A stretch of DNA of 63,710 bases, counting the filler, from Octopus bimaculoides (Eukaryota): NCBI RefSeq assembly GCF_001194135.2. It is 4 parts of 4 records of this genome, joined end to end, with 100 filler letters (N's around TTAATTAATTAA, not from the genome) between each part and the next. Parts side by side here need not be neighbours in the genome. Positions count along the whole stretch, not along the records: positions 1 to 28,193 come from NC_068996.1; 3 more parts are not named here. One strand, written 5' to 3'. A model generated the notes under the pieces. It was not told where the DNA came from, ran no database searches, and saw nothing but the letters and a program-made list of their open reading frames with translations. Below, piece after piece: positions 1 to 10,298 of the stretch (its first letter is position 1; each line of letters opens with the position of its first letter). The position numbers and the translations under genes were made by a program.

Positions 1-394
1 AAATGTTGAAATAGAAATTAGCAAAATGTGGAATCTGAAGACGAAAACAATACCTATTGTCATAGGTGCCCTGGGAATGACAGCGAAACGGGCTGATTAC
101 TACCTAGCTCAGATACCAGGAAACCCCAAAATGGCTGAAGTTCAAAAGATAGTGCTCATGGGAACTGCCCATATCCTACGTAAAATACTGTCTATGTGAT
201 CTCAAATTTTAAAGCAAACATATAATTTTCTTATGGTTTCTTAAACATTCACTTGAACAAAACTGTACAAATCCAAATATATGGTACCCTAGGCAGAACA
301 CCTACATGAACTTCTAACTTGTTGTCTTTTGAGGTCTCTGGGTGAGACTTGGATCCAACTTGTACAAATGCAAAACAAAAGTCAAACATAAAAT
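1..394 (+). mobile_element. R4/Dong-clade non-LTR retrotransposon, 3' end (C-terminus of the REL endonuclease plus 3' UTR)
   Basis: Frame starting at base 2 reads NVEIEISKMWNLKTKTIPIVIGALGM...VQKIVLMGTAHILRKILSM* (stop 197-199). This matches the PxVIGALG...QKxxLxGTAxILR end motif of REL-type LINEs. About 195 bp of UTR then runs into (TAA/TGA)n. Confidence 0.8.
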
Positions 395-455
395 AATAAT
401 GATAATAATGATAATAATAATAATAATGATGATGATGATGTCGATGATGATGATA

Positions 456-494
<39 letters not shown>

Positions 495-502
495 TTGATG
501 AC
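391..502. repeat. (TAA)n/(TGA)n trinucleotide microsatellite
   Basis: Directly visible. Confidence 0.95.
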
Positions 503-503
503 A

Positions 504-1090
504 ATAATTCTTTATTGGCCACGCGGGCCATACACAAAACAAAAAAATGATATAAAACGAAGGACAATTGTTGGTTTACATGTAGCACGTGTAAACAACA
601 AGACAATAACAATTAGCAATAAAATATTAAACAAATATTCTCTAACGGGGGAGCACCACCCAGTGGCAACCAAGGAATCCCAGATATCCTGGACACCTCA
701 TCGCCAAGGGCATTCCAGGCAGTCACCCGTCTCCTCTTCATTCTCTCCGGTCTATAAGTGCATGTTCAGAGTAGGCCTACCCATACAGGCCATCCTTGCC
801 ACAGTCACCCACCTTTCAACAAACTGACGTGGGTAACACTTCTCCCTAAATTCTTCACTTTCCTTTTCAAGTGGAACTTGAAAATGTCCATGAGGGCTTG
901 ACTGAAGAAGAAAGTATTTTCTTTCAGTCCTTTCAACCGCGCCATAGCCACTAGACAGAGGTAAACTACATGTGTTCCTGACCAAAGAAGGAAACTATTA
1001 TGTAAGGCCCAAAGATCGCTTTCTTTTGCTTCGTGATTTTTGCGCTTACATTTTCAGAAAGTGTTTTTACACAACCTCACATGTAAGTTT
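504..1090 (-). mobile_element. Tx1/L1-like LINE, degenerate ORF2 C-terminus and 3' UTR
   Basis: Frameshifted minus-strand peptide YLCLVAMARLKGLKENTFFFSQALMDIFKFHLKR / EKCYPRQFVERWVTVARMACMGRPTLNMHL* (stop 752-754). The UTR ends GTGGCCAATAAAGAATTAT at about 504. Clade assignment is from recalled similarity only. Confidence 0.55.
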
Positions 1091-1129
1091 CAATATAAAA
1101 TCCAGCATTCTTATGTTGTATTCGTTTTC

Positions 1130-2094
1130 CGTCGCCAGCGTCATCGCTGTTGTCTTCATCATCGTCGTCGTCGTCGTCATCATCATCAGCATCAACATCA
1201 CCATCATCGGTTTTATTAATAATAATTTTTTGTTGATACTGTAGTTGTTATTATCATCTTTAATATTCTTTATATTTATCTCGCATGATTTTTTATTGTT
1301 AGTTTTCATTCAAATTTTTTATTAGTTTTAAAGTTTATCTTTGAGTATGAGATATTGGTATCGTCATCTGCACTTATTAATTATCCTGCCTATCATACAG
1401 TACGTGTGTGGTATGTGGGGGAAGGCCGGGGGGAGATATAACAAAAACACAAAACGTAAAATAAAACAAAATAAATGATAAATATTCTGTGCCGCTTCAC
1501 TCTTAACTTTTTCTCTTCGTTGACAACAGACACATAGAGCGTGGAAAGTAGGGTAGACAGTTCGCTTATATTGTTTCAACTATTACCGTTACCATCACCA
1601 TCACTGCCATAACAATTTGCAGTACTATCATAATCGTCAGCATCACCTTTTTCCACATCATCATCATCATCATCGCTTCTTCTTCTCGCCGTCGTCGTCA
1701 TCATCATATACATCATCACTATCGCAGTCACTGTCATATAATAATCCTCATTAACATCATCACAATCATGATAAAGGCGATAATCATCATCACCTCATGA
1801 TCATTATTATAGCCATGGCGATGATGATGCTAAAGCTAGTCTTAATCCTAATTATATCAACAACATCACCGTTACCACCACCACCACCACCGCCACCACC
1901 ACCACCAACATCATTACTATGATTATTGTTGCTGTTATTATTGGTGCTATTGTTATAGATTTATTATGTATATTATTGTCTATTGTTATAGGTGGTCTTG
2001 TTTTTATTACCGTTCTCATTTTTGGTTTCATTATTAACACCATTATTATTAGTATTTATGTTATTATTACTCTTTTTCGTATTTTTCCTATGAT

Positions 2095-2138
<44 letters not shown>

Positions 2139-2160
2139 TTATTGTTATTTTTATTATTGT
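1130..2160. repeat. Degenerate trinucleotide microsatellite field (CAT/CGT, CAC, TAT, TAC)
   Basis: Directly visible; accounts for the low-complexity ORFs here. Confidence 0.9.
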
Positions 2161-2577
2161 TTATTCTTCTTTTTGGTTCCGATGTTCAATGTGCAGGTGT
2201 TACATTTCGTTTCTTTAATTATACGAGTAGCTAGAATATAATATTTACTTATCATCAGTAGCAGCCAGAACTATACGATAAGACGTCCTCCAATTAGTTG
2301 GCGGAACAGAGACGTTATAGAAGTAAATAAATAAATACATAAATATACGAGAAAACGCAAAATAAAGCATCGAATGAATGAACGAATAAATGAATGATGG
2401 AAGGAGAAAAGGAAGGCACGAAGGAAGGAAAGTCATTTGTTTTTTACTTCTCGCAAATGATTCTTCTTAGTGTCACACATAATTATAGAAAAGCTAATAC
2501 AGCATGTGTGGTGTGCGTGCGTGTGTGTACATACGTATGTGTGTGTATGTATATATGTATGTATGTATATATGTATG

Positions 2578-2640
<63 letters not shown>

Positions 2641-2727
2641 GCATATATATGTATATCTTTATATACGTATATAAGAGCGTGTATGTATGTGCGTGTGCGT
2701 GTTAGTATACGTACGTATGTATATATA

Positions 2728-2965
2728 TACTCTCTTTACTCTTTTACTCCTTTACTTGTTTCAGTCATTTGACTGTGGCCATGCTGGAGCACCGCCTTTA
2801 GTCAAGCAAATCGACCCTAGGACTTATTCTTTGTAAGCCTAGTACTTATTCTATCGGTGTCTTTGCCGAACCGCTAAGTTACGGGGACGTCAACACACCA
2901 GCATCGGTAATCAAGCGATGTTGGGGGTACAAACACAGACACACAAACATATACACACACATACA
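2728..2965 (-). mobile_element. SINE family A (tRNA/CORE-like head, OR2-like), 3' half running into its internal microsatellite
   Basis: Reverse complement of the 3' half of the full copy at 43217-43610 (…CTCCAGCATGGCC..AGTCAAATGACTGAAACAAGTAAA..GAG tail). Confidence 0.9.
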
Positions 2966-2984
2966 TACATATATATATGTATAT

Positions 2985-3205
2985 TGATAGAAAAGGCAAC
3001 AAAAAAAGAGACCTCGATATGTAAATAGAATTATCTGTGAAAATATGTGACACCTATTCGATAGTCATGATAAAACTCCGACTTTCGGATGCCGAGGCTA
3101 GGGTAATTTTCAATGGCCAGATAACTGAAGAGATGGCGGTGTGGGTTTCCGCCGCGGCATCCGAAACTCGGAGTTTTATTATGGCTGCCGAATAAGTCTC
3201 ACATA

Positions 3206-3212
<7 letters not shown>
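2985..3212 (+). mobile_element. Penelope-type pLTR mini-unit with an inverted partial copy (arms 3037-3098 and 3151-3212), flanked by microsatellites
   Basis: About 60-bp imperfect inverted repeat enclosing a hammerhead motif; (TA/CA)n on both sides. Confidence 0.65.
3116..3185 (+). ncRNA. Type I hammerhead ribozyme motif (near-intact)
   Basis: Stem I GCCAGATAA/TTATTATGGC; core CTGAAGA (3125-3131); stem II G3132..C3162; GAAA (3163-3166); stem III ACT-cgg-AGT; GUU triplet with predicted cleavage after 3175. Confidence 0.7.
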
Positions 3213-3247
<35 letters not shown>

Positions 3248-3578
3248 NNNNNNNNNNNNNNNNNNNNNNNNNNNNNNNNNNNNNNNNNNNNNNNNNNNNN
3301 NNNNNNNNNNNNNNNNNNNNNNNNNNNNNNNNNNNNNNNNNNNNNNNNNNNNNNNNNNNNNNNNNNNNNNNNNNNNNNNNNNNNNNNNNNNNNNNNNNNN
3401 NNNNNNNNNNNNNNNNNNNNNNNNNNNNNNNNNNNNNNNNNNNNNNNNNNNNNNNNNNNNNNNNNNNNNNNNNNNNNNNNNNNNNNNNNNNNNNNNNNNN
3501 NNNNNNNNNNNNNNNNNNNNNNNNNNNNNNNNNNNNNNNNNNNNNNNNNNNNNNNNNNNNNNNNNNNNNNNNNNNNNN

Positions 3579-3657
<79 letters not shown>

Positions 3658-4641
3658 ATATATAAATATATATATGTATGCATATATACCTATAGATAGA
3701 TATATACGTATACACACACACACACACACAAACACACATATTGATGAGTGTGTTTGTATGTCTCTATAATGTGTAGTCAGAATGAGTGTCTGTATACGTA
3801 TCTGTGTGCACGTGGATGTGTATGTATTAATGTTTTTATATGAAAATAACTTAACATTGAACTGAAGAACTGCACCATAATTTTTAGTAGTCTATATATT
3901 TATTAATGTTACAAGGAAATGATTGACAGTGACTTCGTAGTTTCTGCAAATTGCTCACCTTCAAAGGAATGAACTGAACTTGAGTTGATTTTTAGCTTTA
4001 TATAATTTTTGCAAGTTATTCTTTTTAGTGGGGTTGCCAGTGGATCTATGTGAATGATGATTAGGTGTGATGTAGATAAATTAGGGACGTAGTAGCGTAG
4101 GATGGGAAAATAAAGAAGTGTCTGCTTGCAGGATATGGGTTGATAGGCAGTTATGGTGAGGAGATTATTTTCGTTTGACGGACAAAATTTGTTTACAGTT
4201 TAGGGTTCAGTCGGACAGAAGAGTATAGTCAAATGTGTCGTACTCAGGTCATGACATATGTGTACGGAAAACTAATCGATAAATAAGAACCTAGTCAAGT
4301 CATACGTTGAATGGGTACGCATAATACGTTACGCTAGCCCTAAAATTGTTGGTCTTATAACTTATTTATTTCGGAGTAAGCGTAACTTACTCTACTCCGT
4401 AGGACAAAATAAATTCTTTGATAGCTTGATCTTTTATCGTTGACTTGTCGTGCCCGTTTGTTGCAGGACCGACCAAGATGTAAGTGATTGGTCAGTTTCT
4501 TTTTGTTACTACACAGTCCTCAAATGTAAGATTCAAAAATTCTCTCGTCGTCTTCGTCGTCCGCCGCAAGCGTCATTGTTGTTGTTTTCATCATCTTTCT
4601 CCCGATTCTTCTCTTTTTATGTGCATACATACATGTATGAA

Positions 4642-4685
<44 letters not shown>

Positions 4686-4706
4686 TGTGTGTGTGTGTAT
4701 AGGCAC

Positions 4707-4803
4707 AGGCATGGCTGTGTAGTAAGAAACTTGCTTCCCAACCACATGATTCCGGGTTCAGTCCCCTTACATGACACTTTGGTCAAGTGACTTCTAGTAT
4801 AGC
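4707..4803 (+). mobile_element. SINE family A head (A/B boxes plus CORE-like box)
   Basis: TGGCTGTGTAGTAAG...GGGTTCAGTCC...ACTTTGGTCAAGTGACTT; similar to 43217-43310. Confidence 0.8.
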
Positions 4804-4869
4804 TATTTTGGATTTAAGGTTTTCTTCGATTTTTATATGATTTTATACCGCAATTTGTTATTTCATGCA

Positions 4870-5065
4870 GCCGGTTATTGAAAAGACAGTTAATTCAAAG
4901 AACCAATGAAACAAAACCATTTTCAAATGTGTATCTATCAAAGTAATTGTATTTCTGCATATAACTTTATCTTGCGCCATTCTAAACAAAACTGTCCAAC
5001 GAATAGAAACAGTGAAACTTTGAGTAACAGTTTTTGTGATATTTTTGCTGCTATTTTATAATGTG
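4870..5065 (+). mobile_element. Penelope-type pLTR remnant with a degenerate hammerhead (4988-5034)
   Basis: Perfect 8-bp stem I AAAACTGT/ACAGTTTT; core CCAACGA (degenerate); GAAA; stem III ACT-ttg-AGT; GUA triplet. Homologous to 15380-15560 and followed by (TA)n. Confidence 0.6.
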
Positions 5066-5744
5066 TATGTATATATATATATATNNNNNNNNNNNNNNNN
5101 NNNNNNNNNNNNNNNNNNNNNNNNNNNNNNNNNNNNNNNNNNNNNNNNNNNNNNNNNNNNNNNNNNNNNNNNNNNNNNNNNNNNNNNNNNNNNNNNNNNN
5201 NNNNNNNNNNNNNNNNNNNNNNNNNNNNNNNNNNNNNNNNNNNNNNNNNNNNNNNNNNNNNNNNNNNNNNNNNNNNNNNNNNNNNNNNNNNNNNNNNNNN
5301 NNNNNNNNNNNNNNNNNNNNNNNNNNNNNNNNNNNNNNNNNNNNNNNNNNNNNNNNNNNNNNNNNNNNNNNNNNNNNNNNNNNNNNNNNNNNNNNNNNNN
5401 NNNNNNNNNNNNNNNNNNNNNNNNNNNNNNNNNNNNNNNNNNNNNNNNNNNNNNNNNNNNNNNNNNNNNNNNNNNNNNNNNNNNNNNNNNNNNNNNNNNN
5501 NNNNNNNNNNNNNNNNNNNNNNNNNNNNNNNNNNNNNNNNNNNNNNNNNNNNNNNNNNNNNNNNNNNNNNNNNNNNNNNNNNNNNNNNNNNNNNNNNNNN
5601 NNNNNNNNNNNNNNNNNNNNNNNNNNNNNNNNNNNNNNNNNNNNNNNNNNNNNNNNNNNNNNNNNNNNNNNNNNNNNNNNNNNNNNNNNNNNNNNNNNNN
5701 NNNNNNNNNNNNTATACATATATACACATATATAAACTTATATC

Positions 5745-6340
5745 AGCGTACGTACACTTTGGTTTCTTATATGTAAATATATATTTATCTAAATCTTGTA
5801 CGACTCTATTCTTTTTATTCTTTTCTTCTTTTCTTCTTTCTATCAACCCTTTTACGCTTACTTCATTCTTTCTTTCCCCTTTCTCACATTTCCTTGCCTT
5901 CTCTTCATGCTCACTTTCCCTCCTCTTTTCACTTCACTGTGTCCCTGTCATGTTTTCTCGCCCCTCCTTATTTCTTCTATCCCTCTGCCTCTACCTCTCT
6001 CTCTTCTCGCCCCACATGACCGGTATTCCGCCAAGTCTGGTTTTTCTTTCTTGGTTCGACTGCCGTCCGTGCAACATCTATGTTCCTCCCTGTGCCTGTG
6101 AAATCTTGTATCCCTGCCGTAAGGCTTTACTTTTAAACACGCCAGCTAAATTTAATTCGTCCTTAGTCGAAAGACGCCTATTGTTATGTGCTGTTATTTG
6201 TATTTGTGTAACAAACTCCGAATGTCTCGTCCTTGCTTTCTTTGTATCGTCTGTCTGGATGTTTTGTTGTCCTTTTTTTGCATCACCTAGCTGTCTGGAT
6301 GTTTTATGTTCTTGTCCTTTTTGTATTTTTTATATATAAA
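5745..6340 (+). repeat. Interspersed repeat family E (pyrimidine-rich 5' part; possibly a Penelope-type pLTR), copy 1
   Basis: Shares CACxTGACC…TTTCTTTCTTGGxTxGACTGCCG…CACGCCAGCT…TAGTCGAAAGAC blocks with 8330-8830 and, reversed, with 29540-30040. Confidence 0.75.
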
Positions 6341-6399
6341 AACTTNNNNNNNNNNNNNNNNNNNNNNNNNNNNNNNNNNNNNNNNNNNNNNNATTCGCT

Positions 6400-7738
6400 T
6401 AAAGCATTGTGCAGTGCTTGTAAAATATAACGTTTCTTGAATGATACAACAATGCAGAGTGACCTATAATAACTGTTATAATTTAATTATCCATAGTCTG
6501 ATATAATAATATTTCGGAATATAAAAATTGATCGAGTCACTGCTATAATCGGTTTTTCAACGGTCACTGATTTTTTTTTTCGGAAGCATCTCTGCAGTGG
6601 TTTCACGATATAGGGTATAAAGTACCCGTTGGTTTTCAATATCTCTAGGAAACGTGTGGTGTGGATCATCTTGCCCTCTGTCCTGCTGCACTTGCTCTGG
6701 ATGCGTACAAGTTCATTTCTGGCTTGTCCTGTTTTGGCACCGAGTGGAAGGGCTGAATTGTACAATTCAGCCCTTCCAAAATAGGATTCCAAAATAGGTA
6801 CCCTATATCCATTGTAAATCGGCTTAAGTACCGAAGACGACAAACATGCTGAACACGCAGAAAACCCAGCAACACATGCTTCCTTAAAATACCCGGTTTT
6901 AGTGAGAGAATAACTATAGCCATCCAAAGAGCGATAAGAAGAGAAGGATTAGACATACAACTAGCCTAATCTGGCCCATCTCTGAGAGGACACCTTGCAA
7001 AGAAACGAGCAAGGGACAGCAATCAATGCACACTAGCTAACTGCCCCATCCGTGGCACAGATTTATGTCAATGGGTAAATGTTGTGTATAAAATACAATG
7101 TAATGAATGCAACAAGTTCTATGTGGGTAACACAAGACCGTTACACATTCGCATCAAAGAACATCTGAACACGGGAGCGTCCTCCTTCAGAAAACATCTA
7201 GACAGATGCCGGAACACCGACAAAAGCATAACAGTCATAAATGAAGCTAATGAAAGAAGTTTGGGTAATGTAGGAATTAAGGAAGCTATCCTCATAGACA
7301 AATTAGGGCCCCAAATTAACAACAGGCCGGAGGTTGGCAATCAATGTATTGTTTAGCTACATCTGGATGCGTGTAGATTCCTTTTTGATAACGTGCTCAT
7401 GTATTATAAAAAAATAAAAAAAGAAACTGCACGTATAATTCATAACTTAAAAGCAGCGCTGTGGATGTACCAACACACACAAGCTTGGGACATGTCCGCC
7501 CTAACGCACTTCTCATGAGGAATTCTGGAAGGAGCTTTGTGAGACCACTGCAGAGACGCTTCCGGAAAAAAAGATTTCAGTAACCGTTGGAAAACCGATT
7601 ATAGCAGTGACTCGATCAATTCCTAGCGCTATCGGAAGAAGGAATTTTTATATTCTGAAATATTATTATATCAGACTATGGATAATTAAATTATAACAGT
7701 TATTATAGTCCATTCTGCATTGTTGTACCATTCACGAC
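6400..7738. mobile_element. Penelope-like element fragment: inverted RT-thumb segment (minus, about 6615-6930), linker plus GIY-YIG endonuclease (plus, about 6930-7356), inverted terminal arms (about 6440-6610 and 7540-7738)
   Basis: Plus strand: RAIRREGLDIQLA…CTLANCPIRGTDLC…VVYKIQCNECNKFYVGNTRPLHIRIKEHL. Minus strand: YNSALPLGAK…RNELVRIQSKCS…FLEILKTNGY. The arms are reverse complements of each other. Confidence 0.85.
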
Positions 7739-8189
7739 NNNNNNNNNNNNNNNNNNNNNNNNNNNNNNNNNNNNNNNNNNNNNNNNNNNNNNNNNNNNNN
7801 NNNNNNNNNNNNNNNNNNNNNNNNNNNNNNNNNNNNNNNNNNNNNNNNNNNNNNNNNNNNNNNNNNNNNNNNNNNNNNNNNNNNNNNNNNNNNNNNNNNN
7901 NNNNNNNNNNNNNNNNNNNNNNNNNNNNNNNNNNNNNNNNNNNNNNNNNNNNNNNNNNNNNNNNNNNNNNNNNNNNNNNNNNNNNNNNNNNNNNNNNNNN
8001 NNNNNNNNNNNNNNNNNNNNNNNNNNNNNNNNNNNNNNNNNNNNNNNNNNNNNNNNNNNNNNNNNNNNNNNNATATGAATGAGAAAATATATATATATTT
8101 AAGAAAAAGGAGGCATTCAGAATTTTGGATAATCTTTTATTAGCGCTTTCGTGGTTCGGAAAGAAAGTTCTTACCGCAGAGCCACGCGT

Positions 8190-8830
8190 GTGCCGTAAGG
8201 CCACGAATGACTCGCCCTTGTCTTTTTCCTGTTCCTGTTGTGTTTTCTGTCCGCCTTCGTATCGTTTATCTGTCCGGATGTTATGTTGTCCTATATTGCA
8301 CTTCCATTTTTTAATATTTATATATAAATATCGCTGCGTACGTACACTTTTGCTCACCTTGCAAGTATGTATCCAAATTTTGTACGATTCTTTTACTCTG
8401 TCTCTTTTTCCCCCTCATGCTTTCTTCCTTCTTTCCGCTCTTCTTTTTGTCGCTCCTCCTCCCTCACATTTCTTGGCCTCTCTTTCTTTAATTCCTACTT
8501 TTCCTCCTCGTTTCTCTCCCTTGTACCTTTCTCCTTGTCCTTTTGATTTCTCTCTTTCTCGTTCTTCCCCTAATCCTTCAATCTCTCTAACCCTCACCCC
8601 TCTCTTCTCCTTCCACGTGACCAGTGTTCGGACAGGCATGATCTTTCTTTCTTGGCTTGACTGCCGACCGCCAGCGTCTCTTATGCCCATCTCCTATGTT
8701 CCCGCCTCAAGTCTTTGAGTCTTCACACGCCAGCTCAATTTGATCCGTCTTTATTAGTCGAAAGACACCTGTTGTTATTTTCTTGTTGTTTGTATTTGTA
8801 ACTGTGTAACATGTTCTCGGTTTTTTTTTT
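8190..8830 (+). repeat. Family E: end of one unit (8190-8290) followed by another unit (8330-8830)
   Basis: Homology to 5745-6340 and 29540-30040. Confidence 0.7.
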
Positions 8831-9034
8831 TTTTTGTCTTCGTTGTCGCTTTCTTTCTCACATTCACTTGCTTTCTCATAAAAAATTCTCATGCTATTAG
8901 CTTAGACTTTTTGAGGGCAATCAGATTTGAATAATCTCAAGTGTAACTGCTTGAAACTGTAAGGACAATCTGGAAACTTGACTTCCTAGCCCTCTGTCCG
9001 CCTTTGTATCGTCCATCTGTTTGGNNNNNNNNNN

Positions 9035-9094
<60 letters not shown>

Positions 9095-10298
9095 CCTGAA
9101 TGGGTAGTTTGCGTGAGCATGCGTGGAGTGGAGAGTGTAAGAGCGAAACTATGACAGAAGTTCTGGACCAAAATGATTTTTTGATGCTAAATCAAGAACC
9201 ACTATGTAGACAACCGACATCTAATATTTTTTTCTTATTGCTCCTTAATTTTTCCAGGGTTTCCTACGGAAGGACAATATCTAAAATGTCACTTATCTCC
9301 ACTTCTCAAGGTACCAAAGTAATTATCCTAATCATTTGTTTTGTGTTTTTTGTTGGTTGTTCATTTCCCTCTCTTGCTCTATCTCAATTCATCTCTTTCT
9401 CTTTCTCTCCATCTTTCTGTCTTTGTCTTCACACACACACACACACACACGTCCTATCGATGTATGTGTATGTATGTGTATGTATGCATGTTATATGTAT
9501 GTATCTATCTATCTATCTACACACACACACACACACACACACANNNNNNNNNNNNNNNNNNNNNNNNNNNNNNNNNNNNNNNNNNNNNNNNNNNNNNNNN
9601 NNNNNNNNNNNNNNNNNNNNNNNNNNNNNNNNNNNNNNNNNNNNNNNNNNNNNNNNNNNNNNNNNNNNNNNNNNNNNNNNNNNNNNNNNNNNNNNNNNNN
9701 NNNNNNNNNNNNNNNNNNNNNNNNNNNNNNNNNNNNNNNNNNNNNNNNNNNNNNNNNNNNNNNNNNNNNNNNNNNNNNNNNNNNNNNNNNNNNNNNNNNN
9801 NNNNNNNNNNNNNNNNNNNNNNNNNNNNNNNNNNNNNNNNNNNNNNNNNNNNNNNNNNNNNNNNNNNNNNNNNNNNNNNNNNNNNNNNNNNNNNNNNNNN
9901 NNNNNNNNNNNNNNNNNNNNNNNNNNNNNNNNNNNNNNNNNNNNNNNNNNNNNNNNNNNNNNNNNNNNNNNNNNNNNNNNNNNNNNNNNNNNNNNNNNNN
10001 NNNNNNNNNNNNNNNNNNNNNNNNNNNNNNNNNNNNNNNNNNNNNNNNNNNNNNNNNNNNNNNNNNNNNNNNNNNNNNNNNNNNNNNNNNNNNNNNNNNN
10101 NNNNNNNNNNNNNNNNNNNNNNNNNNNNNNNNNNNNNNNNNNNNNNNNNNNNNNNNNNNNNNNNNNNNNNNNNNNNNNNNNNNNNNNNNNNNNNNNNNNN
10201 NNNNNNNNNNNNNNNNNNNNNNNNNNNNNNNNNNNNNNNNNNNNNNNNNNNNNNATATATATATATATAGATAGATAGATAGATAGATAGATATACAC

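Noticed and set aside
4458-4486. Possible 13-nt micro-exon (TTGTTGCAG…GTAAGT)
   Set aside because: Splice-like motifs alone are expected by chance; no partner exons were recognised.
7505-7585. Hammerhead candidates in the Penelope terminal arm (CTCATGA…, CTGCAGA…CCGAAA)
   Set aside because: The core is mutated and no register gives stems I-III together with an NUH triplet.
9259-9311. Candidate exon reading GFPTEGQYLKCHLSPLLK
   Set aside because: Weak donor site and no recognisable homology.
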